Source: Octopus bimaculoides
Taxonomy: Eukaryota
Length of the DNA: 37,237 nucleotides
Direction: 5' to 3'
Assembly (NCBI RefSeq): GCF_001194135.2
Contig: NC_068981.1
Coordinates: 28,635,055-28,672,291 of the forward strand
In this document: piece after piece, positions 1-11,484 of the stretch
How the letters are laid out: each line of letters starts with the position of its first letter
Numbering within the stretch: position 1 is the first letter of the stretch
The notes under the pieces: model-generated
Databases searched by the model: none
What the model was told of the DNA's origin: nothing
Seen by the model: only the letters and a program-made list of their open reading frames with translations
Made by a program: the position numbers and the translations under genes

Positions 1-59
1 TATATATATATATATATATATATATATGCATACATATATATATACACGAATCACAAACC

Positions 60-770
60 TTGAGGTGGCTGTATACTGGACTGTGTTCACATTGCTTTAC
101 AAAAGTGTTTGGAAGACTTTCTGTATAGTAATCCGTGTACAAAATAGACACCTTGCAGTTGGAACTTAATTTGAAAGAGAGGAGGGTTGCAGTATGTTCT
201 GATCTGCATGAACCGTTTGAAATCAATGAAGACATCTCTTCCGATCTGGTAAGAGGGAATGATAATGAAACGTAGCCTATCCTTGATTTGTAAATGAATG
301 TTTAATATTTTGAGGGTGGCAGAAATGACAACGGTGCTATTCTCGTTGATTTTCTGAAAGTTGGCACTACTGTGACCAGCAAGTGGCACGTTTTCATACT
401 GCAAAAGCTTAGAAAAGTCATTAAGAGAAAGCAACCATACAATAACCCGAAAATGACCCACATTCAACATAAAAATTCTTGGCTACTCATACTTATAGCA
501 ACAAAGCAGGCAATTAGAAAATTGGACTGTTTAGTTGTTCCCCATCCACCATATAGCCCGAATATGGCGCCCGCGACTTCCCCAGTTCGGTGCAATGAGA
601 TACTACTTTCGGGGATAAAAATTTGATGATATGGACTTATCAAAATGTGATTTTGACGAAGTGAGCACACCTAACTTCTTTCCAAAGATGATTTGATAGT
701 TGGGTTCATCTATTAGCCAGATGCATTGTAGTGTTGAAAGAAGAGTTTCTCTAACGACAGGCCAATTTTA
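60..770 (+). mobile_element. Decayed mariner (Tc1/mariner) transposase remnant
   Basis: Fragmented + strand peptides appear in mariner order: ERRVAVCSDL..LVRGNDNET (cf. IVTGDETW, first Asp), ILVDFLKVGTTVTSKWHVFILQKLRKVIKRKQP (cf. GTTINSEYY..LRKAIRRKRP) and VVPHPPYSPNMAP (cf. HPPYSPDLAP). Stops and frameshifts throughout; no TIR recognised. Confidence 0.85.
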
Positions 771-1399
771 AAGACCTATGCCACTTAATAAAAAAGTTAT
801 GCCTACATTTCCATTAGTTCCAGTACAATTCTTATATATTATTGCTGGCTAAAGTTTGTGAAATAAGAGATGCATGTTTTGCTATAGTATCCTTTTGATT
901 TTCAAAAAATTAATCGTACAAATCTCACACTGCTCTATTGGATTCACCTGCCTAGAATCGTACACTGTGTTCCCTTTGTAGTACCTCAAAAATTTAATTA
1001 CGCCTTTGTTACGTGGTGTCTTTGCAGTTAGCGACCACCTTCTAATTACTTCCTTGCCTTAGAATCTAAAATCACACACACTACTGCTGAAAACGCAAAC
1101 ATCAGGTTTTGCGCTGCAGGGAGAGCCATTATTGCAGTAGTCCGTTGATTTTAATGAAACTTTTAGTCGTTGTTTCAAACATGCTGACTAGCAACTCTTC
1201 ATATCCATTGTCCTTTATCTCTACCACATGCCCAAATTTGTTGAGTGACTCTTGAAGGAAGGCATGGTTGTCACGATGCAAGGCAAATAGCATGTGAACT
1301 CACTAACCGTTTAGTCGGTTTATATATGTAGGTAACGTTCAAAACTTCTAGGCATTTTTCATCAGTCGTCTCGCAATACTAATAAATACAGTCCGCTAC

Positions 1400-1560
1400 G
1401 TAGTTGCCTGACGAGCTAGAAATAGCAGCTATATTCGCTTTAAATCACAACATAATATATATAATCACATAAATCACACAATAAAAATATATATGGGAAA
1501 ACAATGCAATGTTCACAGAAGTAATGCTTTTGTTCACATCTCTGCTCGACAACAGCAGCA
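1400..1560 (+). mobile_element. Degenerate fragment of a retroposon 3' end (element C)
   Basis: GCTAGAAATAGCAGCTATATTCGCTTTAAATCACA resembles 25669-25700 (AAAGATAGCAGCCAAATCTCGTAAAATTACA) and the reverse complement of 28715-28745. Confidence 0.35.
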
Positions 1561-3224
1561 AAAACATTAAAAAAATCTAAAGTTGGTTGCATGAAATATC
1601 TAGATATAGGATTGTAATAATGGCATGGTAAGATACAGGCGCTGTGAGAATTTTAAAGTTTCTAGTTTTTTTTTTCTCAGATAAAATGCTCATTCATACT
1701 TACATACACATGCATATGTTGTCGCATACATACATACATACATAGATACATACATACATGTGTGCGTGTATGTGTGTGCGTGTATGTGCGTGCGTGTATG
1801 TGTGTGCGTGTGTGTGTGTCCGTGTGTGTATATAGTTTAGAACACCTGCAAAATGTTTTCAATCAAATGCAACAATGCAAGATATGAAAAATGAAAGAAA
1901 GAAAAAACGTTACAACCAAGGTTTCATGTTATTGTTTAATTACTATGGTGATAAGATTTTCTGTTTGAAATATGAAAATGACATTGATTTTATCTTTATT
2001 CTGTTATTTTGATTTCTATTCCTTCCTCTCCATTCTGACCAACCTAACCCTACCCACAGCAGATTCGTTAACATTTATGTACAAAAGATTTTCTTTTTTT
2101 TTTTACATGGATATTTTTACTACTGTTATCGTTTAATAAATGTATACAGAAAAGTCTCAAGAATAACCCTCGTATTTCCCATAGAAGAAAATATTGTTTA
2201 ACTTTATGATGAATCTCTCTCATCCTACAGACTGAACGCGGACGCACATACACACACACACACGCACACAACTACATACGTACACGCACAAATATATACG
2301 CATGCATATATGTATAATGTATGTATTTTTATATATGAATTCACGCACGCACACATACATACACACACTTGTATGTGTGTGTAAATAAAATGAGACAACA
2401 AAGCCAAGGCAGTGTGGAATTATCAGGACATTTACAAAAAGAAAGTTAGTCTTTCATAGTTAATCATATTTATCCAATATTTTCTAAAAAGGGAATATGT
2501 TAACATTCTTTTACCATGTTTATTATATGAAGTGCTGACTATTCTCGGTTTAGTTTCGGATTTAGAATTCTTATAAAGTATTCTTCTTTTGGCTTATGTG
2601 TGCATGTGTGTGTGTGTGCGTGCGTGCGTGTACAACAATAAATTTTCAGAACTAGAAATCAGAACAGATATTCCAGATTTATTCATTTTATATAAGATAC
2701 TGATACCTGAAACAGTAATTCTGACATGAATATTTTCACACGACAAGATTTGATAAGCGATTAAGATTTACATGACTCTTTGAAGCGGGGCGGTGAGCCG
2801 TTATGGAGCTGGTTTCGCTGGATAGACTACGTAGTTTCCAGAATCAGATTCAGATGGTGAATTGTCTTTGCGCATCCGTTTTCTAAAGACTCTTGAAATC
2901 ACTTCAAGTATCTTACTAAAACATCAGTTCATTTAGGTTGAAAATGACCCCTGTAAATTTGAACAGATTGCCTTGAAAACGAAACAGCTGAAATGAAAGA
3001 AAAAGCGGGGCAGCTGTTAGTATATAGTAAGCAAAAGACCGGTATAGAGAGGAAGAGAGGGGTAACGACATACATGCGCGCACGCGTGTGTGTGTGTGTC
3101 TCCGTTAATCACTTGCAGGCCAAATGTACAACAACCTGGCATATTTCGAAATTGAATTTGCATATCAAAGGTCGAATTTTAAAGGTAACCACATGCACAT
3201 TCCTGTTAATATTCATATTGAAAG

Positions 3225-3411
3225 AAGGCAGAGCACTAGCTAAATCGTTTGCTCATCGGGCGAAATGCTTCGTGTTAAAGTTCCGCAGAGGTTGACTTCG
3301 CCTTTGATCCTTTCATGGTCAATAAAATAACTACCAGTTGATCATTGAGGTCGATGTATTCAACTAAGCCCTTCCCACGAAATTGCTCGTCTAGTGCCAA
3401 AATTTGAAATC
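3225..3411 (+). mobile_element. SINE-B copy 1 of tandem array (degenerate)
   Basis: Degenerate head, central GCCTTTGATCCTTTCATGGTCAATAAAATAACTACCAG and tail GTGCCAAAATTTGAAA match the other copies in the window. Confidence 0.8.
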
Positions 3412-3636
3412 GAGACGGTGAGCCAGCAGAATCGTTAGCACGCCGTTTAAAAATGTCTGGTGGCAAGCCGTCCGTCATAATGTTCTGAGTTCAAATGCCA
3501 CCGAGGTCGACTTTGCCTTTTATCCTTTCTTTCGGGGTTGATGAAATGAGTACCAGTTGAGCACTGCGGTCGATTTAATCTATTTACTCCCTCCACCCTG
3601 AACTTGCTGGCTTTGTGCCAAAACTTGAAATCAATA
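3412..3636 (+). mobile_element. SINE-B copy 2 of tandem array (full length)
   Basis: Head GACGGTGAGCCAGCAGAATCGTTAGCACGCC (A-box-like), B-box-like GAGTTCAAATGCC, central domain and tail TGTGCCAAAACTTGAAA. Confidence 0.9.
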
Positions 3637-3673
3637 TCTACACGTAAAAAGCTGCCTTCTTTCAATGTGAATA

Positions 3674-3855
3674 TTAACAGGCCGGGCGAAATGCCTAGCG
3701 GCATTTTACCCATCTTCATGTTCTGCGTTCAAATTCTACCGGAGTCAAATTCGCCTTTCATTCTTTTGAAGTCGAGAATATTTATTAGCAGTTGAACATT
3801 TCTTGTTCCCTTCCCCGAAAGTGCTGGCCTTGTGCCACAATCTGAAAGCAGTATT
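3674..3855 (+). mobile_element. SINE-B copy 3 of tandem array (5' truncated)
   Basis: GCCGGGCGAAATGCCTAGCGGCATTT..GCGTTCAAATTC..GCCTTTCATTCTTTTG..GGCCTTGTGCCACAATCTGAAA. Confidence 0.8.
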
Positions 3856-3868
3856 CACATGGAAAATT

Positions 3869-4088
3869 ACGGTGTTGAGTTGATAGAATCGTTAACACGG
3901 CGAACAAAATGCCTAGCTGTATTTCGCCCGTCTTTACGTTCTGAGTGCACATTTCGCCCAGGTCGACTTTGTCTTTCATCCTTTGGAGGTCAATGAAATA
4001 AGTACCAGTTGAAAACTGAGTTCGATATAATCGATTTACCCGCTTCCCCGGAATTAGCAACCTTGTGCGAAAATTTGAAATCAATATT
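3869..4088 (+). mobile_element. SINE-B copy 4 of tandem array
   Basis: GAGTTGATAGAATCGTTAACACG..GGTCGACTTTGTCTTTCATCCTTTGGAGGTCAATGAAATAAGTACCAG..CCTTGTGCGAAAATTTGAAA. Confidence 0.85.
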
Positions 4089-4253
4089 CATATGGTAACA
4101 GCTGCTTAATAACCATTTGTTTATTAATTCAAATAGTATATATATCTGCACAATGCAAAAACGCAATTCAAAAACATAATAAATGTCTAAAGCGCAATAA
4201 TACTCTGCCAAAGAATGTTTGATAAAGTAAAAACTAAAAACAACAACAAAATA

Positions 4254-4626
4254 TTTCTTACCTCCGACTTAGCGAAGGCAGAGGTATTGTTTTTCAGTCG
4301 TGTTTGTTTGTTCGTCCGTGGACAAGATATGTCAAGAACCGCTGGATGGATTCGGATGAAACTTTCAGGGATGTTTGGTCTCGTAACTGGCATGAACGTA
4401 TTAGATTTTGAGATTGACCCGGTACCGGACTAGGTTTCTGGATTATTATTTCTATTTTTTTTACTTAATTTTTAAGAGCGGTCGCGTTCATTTTTAGTAT
4501 TCTCATCATTGAGAGCTGTCGTGTTTATTTCAGATATTCTCATTTTAAAAATCATCTCTGGCTAATCGTTGAGAGGACGTTGGTGTTGCCTCGGTGGAGG
4601 TTTGCGATCTCTGAGTGCTCTCGTTT
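4254..4626 (+). mobile_element. Non-autonomous Helentron-associated element (HINE / DINE-1-like)
   Basis: The 5' end has TTACCTCCGACTTAGCGAAGGCAGAGG (subterminal repeat plus hairpin) followed by GTGTTTGTTTGTTCGTCCG. The body contains GGATGGATTCGGATGAAACTT. The 3' end has CCTCGGTGGAGG plus a terminal imperfect stem-loop GCGATCTCTGAGTGC, with T-rich flanks. This matches HINE architecture as recalled. Confidence 0.75.
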
Positions 4627-4867
4627 AATATTTATTTTGTTATATTAATAAACTTTGAAAATCAAGTTCCCCCTATATAAGTTCTCTTTATGCGAGTTCT
4701 CTCAATATAAGTTCAAATTCTTTTTAAAATACGGACAAAATACCTTATTTCATTGACACTGAGAAAATGCAAAATGAACCTAACCTCACAGATATTGGAA
4801 TCCAAACTAGAAAGAGCCCGAACAAATGCTGTAAGGCATTTGTTTCAGCCAGCTTGTTACATTAAAT

Positions 4868-5318
4868 AATAATAATGATAAGTTCAAATTTTGGCACATG
4901 GCCAGCAAGTTCGGTGGGTGGGCTAGGTCGATTACACCGACCTCCAGTGCTTAACTGGTACTTATTTTATCGATTTCGAAAGGATGAAAGGAGGAATTTG
5001 ATCCCAGAACTTAAGGATGGACGAAATACCTATTTCGTTATTGCCCACAAGGGGCTAAACATAGAGGGAACAAACAAGAACAGACGAACGGAATAAGTCG
5101 ATTACATCGACCCCAGTGCGTAACTGGTACTTAATTTATCGACCCCTAAAGGATGAAAGGTAAAGTCGACCTCGGCGGAATTTGAACTCAGAACGCAACG
5201 GCAGACGAAATACCGCTAAGCATTTCGCCCGGCGTGCTAACGGTTCTGCCAGCTCACCGCCGAAATACCGCTAAGTGTTTTTCCTGGCGTAGTAAAGATT
5301 CTGCCAACTTACCGCCTT
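4868..5318 (-). mobile_element. Older SINE-B (host), split by a nested insertion into 4868-5030 and 5262-5318
   Basis: Tail TTCAAATTTTGGCACATGG and central domain lie at left; head (GGCGGTAAGTTGGCAGAATC on minus) lies at right. The two halves rejoin at the duplicated GAAATACC (5023-5030 and 5262-5269). Confidence 0.85.
5031..5261 (-). mobile_element. Young SINE-B subtype with alternative tail, nested in an older SINE-B with an 8-bp TSD
   Basis: On minus, an intact head GGCGGTGAGCTGGCAGAACCGTTAGCACGCCGGGCG, B box GAGTTCAAATTCC and tail ..TTTAGCCCCTTGTGGGCAATAACGAAATA. Flanked by direct repeats of GAAATACC. Confidence 0.9.
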
Positions 5319-5334
5319 AATAATGATGATAATC

Positions 5335-5505
5335 TATAATTTTGGCCAAAGGCGAGTAATTTTCAGAAGATTGTCCTCCTCGGTACCATCTACACCAATA
5401 CATGACGGCTACGCAATTTCATGGACTACGGAGTGATGAAAATCAGATTTCGCCTTGGCAGCATTTGGAATTAGATCGCAGAGACGGAAGAAATACTGCA
5501 AGATG
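5335..5505 (-). mobile_element. Highly degenerate SINE-B
   Basis: AATTTGGCCAAAGG (tail) ... GATGAAAATCAGATTTCGCCTTGGCAGCATTTGGAATT ... GAAATACTGCAAG are weakly colinear with minus-strand SINE-B. Confidence 0.5.
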
Positions 5506-5875
5506 TATAATTATTACTGCAGCAAAGAGATCGGTACCAGTAAGAATATCCGTATGTTACAAATTATATAAATAAAAAGATAAAACAAAAGACAAACGAA
5601 AAAAATGATGTCAAGATAAGTTGAAGCACTAAGGGTTTAAGTACTATTAAGGGGTACTTTAAGGTTACTTGATAGGGGGTCCAGAATACTGAACCCGTTT
5701 TTATTATTTAGACTGATGTTATTGGTTACCGAGAGACTCGTCGCCTCCGTCCTCGTCTCCATTGTTGATTCGTTCTCTAAACTTTCTAAGGAACTTTTTG
5801 AATTTCATATTCTTTTGCCGTCGCCCGCTCTTTCTCTACATTGTCTTTTCTTGTCGGTATTTATCTACCCATAAT

Positions 5876-6100
5876 CTCTCTCTCGCTCCCTCTCTCTCTC
5901 GCCCCCCCCCCTCTCTCTCTTGCTCTCTCTCTCTCTCTCTCTCTCTGTCTATTTATCTCTTTTTCTCTCAATCTATCGCTTTTACTCTCTCTCTCTATCA
6001 ATCTATCGCTTTCTCTCTTTCTGTCTCTCCCCACCTACTTGCCTACATAATACTGTATCCCACCGCCCCCCCTCTCTCTCTCTCTCTCTCTCTTTTACAA
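5876..6100. repeat. (CT)n-rich compound microsatellite
   Basis: Long CT runs, with a short internal duplication of TCAATCTATCGCTTT. Confidence 0.95.
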
Positions 6101-6562
6101 GTCCCCCACTTAATCGTTAGTTGTAGTAACGTCCTAGTGGAAAATACTTCTCGTATCGCCCACTTGTTCATTGTATACTTCTGGTATAATGGATATGTCC
6201 TCAAGATTACAAATGTTTTAGATAAAAATCAATTATATAAATATTTTTCCCAAATGTCACTCGGTACAAACAATCCCTAATTTCTTAAATGTAGTAGAAG
6301 ACAGATTCACACAGAAACTGAAAGGAAGTTCGTCAATTTGTGTGTTTGTGTGTGTGTGTGTGGGGGGGGTGAGTTTGTGTGCGTGTGTGTGTGTATGTGT
6401 GTATGTCTGAGTATGCGAGTGTATGCTTATATGGAAACTTGTATTTTGGGAAAAGAACTGAAGTTTGTAAATTAATCACAGTATTAATATTAAGCATATC
6501 AAATGTAAGAGAGGAATATGAACTGCCCTATCTGCACAGATCAAAGACTCCATTATAGCCTT

Positions 6563-6659
<97 letters not shown>

Positions 6660-6899
6660 TGTATGTGTGTGCATGTGTGTGTGTATATGTAAATATATAC
6701 ATACATGTCAATATACATATATGTGTATCAGTTTTTTTATGACACCTTTTTCAAGAGCTCTAACATTCTTCTATTTTTTCTACCATAATTCTTAGATAAA
6801 TAAAGTCAGACTCAGCAAATTAAAAGGCACGCTGTCATTGTTACCGTAAAAGCATGGTATAGTGATACAAGGATAGCTCGCTCCCTGATCGTCGTTCGC

Positions 6900-7320
6900 A
6901 GTGAAATTTCGAAAGGAACTGGAACCTGTTGATGAGATTCCAACACCAGCAGTTAAATGCAAAACAGAAAAATAGGATCCTAATGACATCAGAGCAGGTA
7001 ACTTTGTACAAAACGTCCAAGAAACAATCGATAATATCCCCGAAAAGTCAATCAGAGCCATTTCAAAGGACCTCAAGTTTCTTGTATATCTCATCAGAAT
7101 AGCTGTGCATGAAGACATCCGATACAAGTTGTGTGCAATGCGAAGGGGTCAGTTTATATCGGTTGTGACAAGAGAAAGTCGTTCTATCCGTGCAAAGTGC
7201 TTACTAAACAAGTTAAAACAGCAAACGGTCGGAATATTTTGGGTTTTCTCCCATGCGAAAACTTCGACCAGGACAAAGGTAAACCGAAGAAACGACAGAT
7301 GGTTATGCAGAATATCACTA
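6900..7320 (+). mobile_element. Decayed Tc1/mariner-superfamily transposase, DD37D(maT)-like N-terminal to first-Asp region
   Basis: Peptides FVQNVQETIDNIPEKSIRAISKDL (HTH-like), HEDIRYKLCAMRRGQFIS..RSIRAKCLLNKLK and NFDQDK / KVNRRNDRWL (cf. FFSDEKNFDQDQKVNRRNDRW as recalled). Frameshifted. Confidence 0.75.
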
Positions 7321-8250
7321 AAAAAAAAAACAAATATCAAGCAAATCTAAATATTGGCTTCTTGTTCTCACCGATATATCCTTGTGTAGATAAGTATTTT
7401 TCTGTGTCTTGTAAATATGTCAGGTAGCTGACAACATTTCAGAAAAACACATTTCCGTTTTACTGTTTACACTCTCGGACAATTTCTAGGTGAAAGCTTT
7501 CTAATGATGACATACACAAGTCTTAGATTTTTATGTAGTTAGAAGAGAAAACAAATAGTCAAACCTCCCAGCAGTGTTTATGTCCATTTTCTTTCCAGTT
7601 AGTTCGTTGTATATAAATTACATTTATAAGTGTTTCCTTTCTTTTCTCGTACATTAAAGATGCATAGGACATAGCCTTGATTGACATCTTTTACATCTTG
7701 CATACATTGTCCATTCATATTAATGGATTGGGATACATATGAATATATATGAATAAAAGAACTACTGTAATGATGGTATACAATTTTAGTATTTTTCTTC
7801 TAGGTCATTGTAAACAAAGTATTTGGTGGTTTCCAGTGGAATAAATTTCAACAGATGTCTAAACAAGAGCTTATTTGAAAAGTAGATTATTTGAGCCACG
7901 GCAATCCCCGATGAGTTGAGGTTCATGAGAGTAGATTCATACAGTTAGACACAATGACATTTTTTTACGTCCAGACGATCAAAATCAGGTTTTTACTTTA
8001 TTTTACACCAATGTATTATGAGTCATATCGGTAACAATATACCGAGTATGTATATTTTAGTTGTGAGAACAGTGCCGTTATGAAGCCGATCACTCAAGGC
8101 TTGGGGCCTGTGAGTTATACACTCCTATAACATTTGAGCTCACACCGAATAACAACATTGCGACAACACTTCTTTCTTTCATTGTTCTTTTTTCTCCAGC
8201 GACCCTATATACATGTACACACACACACACATGTATATGTGTGTGTATTG

Positions 8251-8283
<33 letters not shown>

Positions 8284-8564
8284 NNNNNNNNNNNNNNNNN
8301 NNNNNNNNNNNNNNNNNNNNNNNNNNNNNNNNNNNNNNNNNNNNNNNNNNNNNNNNNNNNNNNNNNNNNNNNNNNNNNNNNNNNNNNNNNNNNNNNNNNN
8401 NNNNNNNNNNNNNNNNNNNNNNNNNNNNNNNNNNNNNNNNNNNNNNNNNNNNNNNNNNNNNNNNNNNNNNNNNATATATATATGAAAGCGCGCACGCTCA
8501 CACACACTCACACATACACACATGTATATAAGCAATATATATATATATATATGCATGTATGCCT

Positions 8565-8623
<59 letters not shown>

Positions 8624-9639
8624 CACGTATGTATCTATTGTTAGGAAGTTATGAATTATAATGTTAAGCTAAACAGGTAAACAGTTTTTCATGCTGCACA
8701 ATAAGATCAGGATGAAGTCCATTGTGAAAAGGGTAGAAGCTAGGTGTTATTAGCTCAGACTGTGAAACTATAACAAATTGGCTAGACCTTGCAAACCTTT
8801 ATAAGGAGAGATAATTGTACTCCCTAGATTTTTTGTGACAGTTTTGTCTGTGAGACAAAGTTGTTCAATTGGATTCTGGGAATTATGATTTCTTGTTTAG
8901 TTTATGCACTTTGTGCTTTGTGTTAGGTATTTATGGATTTATTTTATGCTCCAGGAATTCGCCAGAACTTTTGTCAGACTTAAAATAATATTTATGTTAT
9001 ATCTGGGTCCTATGTTCGAAAACCGAATCGGTACTAAAATGGAAATCCAAATTTTTTGAATGCATATTTTTGAAAAACCAAATTTTTTGAGGCCAGGTTT
9101 TGTGTGAGGCCATTTTTGGTGAGACAAAAAATCAGGATTCTGAGTCCGAATTTGTGAACTGTATTTATGTTACCTTTGTAAATATTTTGACTGCACGTCT
9201 GGTGTGGCATTGATATTTTTGTTCGTGTATATATTTGTTTTTTGTGTGTAGGCTGCTTTTCCATGCTGACAATTGTTGATAATATTTTACAAAAAATGTC
9301 ATGCTGTATTGTTATTTTGGGTTCACTCTATCCTCATTCATTCTGTAAATTCGGGTTATGGTCACCAGGTCGTAACAGTATGTATGTATGTATGCATGCA
9401 TGTATGGATGGATGGATGTATAAAATCGCTGGTCTTTTGCTTAGAGTGCAAATCCGAGTAGCTTCCGGGTTTATATTTTTCGTATTGATGCGGCCTAGGC
9501 TTCAGGCGTTACTTGCATACGTGGCACTAGATGGTTGTTTGTTCTGCAAAAGAGAACAGCAAATATTCCCTATAGATAAGACGTTAACAACTGAGCCACA
9601 GAGAATAATTTCGTTGAGATTATTTTGGTCTTTAATTCT

Positions 9640-9940
9640 TCTGCTCGTTTAGAGCTGACCTGAGACACAAGTAGCACTTTCACTGCCTTATCGTGTCGCC
9701 ACAACTTGTAGTGGTTTTGGGCAAGTCTACAGAATTCGTTCGTGATATGGACAATGGTTTCGCCCCAATCTATTGCAGATGTCACACAGCGGAGACACTT
9801 GCTCATTTCGAAGATTGGCCTTATTTCAGGGAGAGAGTTCATATGCGGTACGAACATTTGATCACTATAAACAAATCATTTGTGCAGGCCTTTCGGCAAC
9901 TGCTGAACACTCACATGTCGTCTTCGACGGATGAGTTCAT
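9640..9940 (-). mobile_element. R4/Dong-like non-LTR retrotransposon fragment (CCHC zinc-knuckle region)
   Basis: ETIVHITNEFCRLAQNHYKLWRHDKAVKVL. Nucleotide match to 18950-19070 (TCGTGTCGCCACAACTTGTAGTGGTTT). The 5' end abuts (TTA)n. Confidence 0.8.
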
Positions 9941-9984
9941 CATTATTATTATTATTATGTTTATTATTATTATTATTATTATTA
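9941..9984. repeat. (TTA)n microsatellite
   Basis: Direct reading; it separates the Dong fragment from the SINE-B head. Confidence 0.95.
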
Positions 9985-9989
9985 GTAAG

Positions 9990-10280
9990 AAGGCGGCGAG
10001 TTGACAGAATCATTAGCACGCCGGACAAAATGCTTAGCGGCATTTTGTCTGCAACTATGTTCTGAGCTCAAATTTCGCCATGGTCGACTTTACCTTTCAT
10101 TCTTTCGGAGTAGTATTTTTCTCAGTTTTATGTTCTAAACTCAAATTCAACTGAGGTTAACTTTGCAAACATCTTTTTGGGGTCGATAAAATAATTACTT
10201 GTTGAGAACTAGCATAGATGCAATTGATTAAACTCCGCCCACCAAAATTTCAAGCTACTTGCCTATCATAGAAAATATTA
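9990..10280 (+). mobile_element. SINE-B with internal duplication or nested partial copy
   Basis: The head AAGGCGGCGAGTTGACAGAATCATTAGCACGCCGG runs to CTTTCGGAG (10110). The sequence then restarts at TAGTATTTTTCTC..GTTCTAAACTCAAATTC and continues to a degenerate tail. Confidence 0.8.
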
Positions 10281-11089
10281 TTATCTTCACCAGAATTATT
10301 ATTGTCATTATTTTCCATTTTCTTTCCTTATTACGTTTTGTTTTAATAATACAGGTTTACAATATCATCGTTATATCCTCTGTATCTAGCTTTCTCATTT
10401 ACTATAGAGGAAAATTAACTCTGTCATAAATATTGTTGAATTTTCAAGATCTCAAATACAATCAAATATGGCGCCCGTCCTACGACATTTATATTTGATG
10501 AACCTCTCAACACTTCTCTATACATCACATTCTTCTCGCTTTTCCTCCTTCTGTCTTTCTCTTTTTCCTTCTCTCCTATTCCCTAAACCTCTTCTCTTCT
10601 TCCTTCTCTCTCTCTCTGATTTCCTTTTCTCTTACCGTTTTCTCTGCTTCCTTTTCTTACCCCCCTCCTCCTCTCACTATCCTTCTCTCCTTCACTCACT
10701 GACTATTATGATTCTGATCAAGCAGCAGGTGATGGTCGAAAGAAAAGCCAGGATTGCTCGGAGGCACTCTTAGAAGCTCAGTAGATAAGAAATCATTTAC
10801 TAGCCAGTGACGACTAGATCGACATCTAAACGGTGGTGTCAATTCTGGCTACATTCTCAATTTCATTGACGTCTCAGTCATCCCCGCCCTCTATACACCT
10901 TCTTCTCCTTCCTTGTCATCGTTGTCTACAACGTCATCTACAACGTCATCACCTTATATACACCTATGTCATTGTTATGATCTTTCAAGTTAACTGTCGT
11001 TATCACGATGAGCTTCATTTTAAATCGTTGTCTACTGTCTACAGTCTACAGAATTATTACCAGCATCGTCCAGAGGGTGATGCGGAATA

Positions 11090-11426
11090 ACCACCATCAT
11101 TGAGACCACCATCACAACCAGCACCAACAGCACCACCAGCACCACCACTATCACCGCCGCCACCACCACCGTCACCACCACCGCCACCACCACCACCGCC
11201 GCCGCCGTCGCTACCATCTCAATCTATGTTCTCCTCCTCCCCCTCATCATCATCAACCTCAACATCATCATCCTAATTCTTCTTTTAAGTACCACCAACG
11301 TCACCACTGCGCAGGTCAACATCACGAACTCCACTAAAACTACCACCATCAACATTACCACCAACCCCAGCACCATCATCCTCATCATTCTCATCATCAT
11401 TCTCATCATCATCCTTATCATCATCC

Positions 11427-11484
<58 letters not shown>

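Noticed and set aside
87-470. 127-aa minus-strand ORF with FVHGLLY, superficially like the PIF1/Helitron FSHGQLY motif
   Set aside because: It is antisense to a multi-motif mariner remnant on +, so the resemblance is coincidental.
2919-2989. Minus-strand exon candidate LFRFQGNLFKFTGVIFNLNELMF with a good acceptor and GTAAGA donor
   Set aside because: Isolated, on the opposite strand to the other candidates, with no recognisable product; cannot be supported without RNA data.
7804-7880. Acceptor TTTTTCTTCTAG followed by VIVNKVFGGFQWNKFQQ
   Set aside because: All frames stop before a credible donor.
8930-9560. Complex sequence with repeated AAATTTTTTGA, a possible DNA element
   Set aside because: No TIRs, TSD, second copy or coding motif found by eye.
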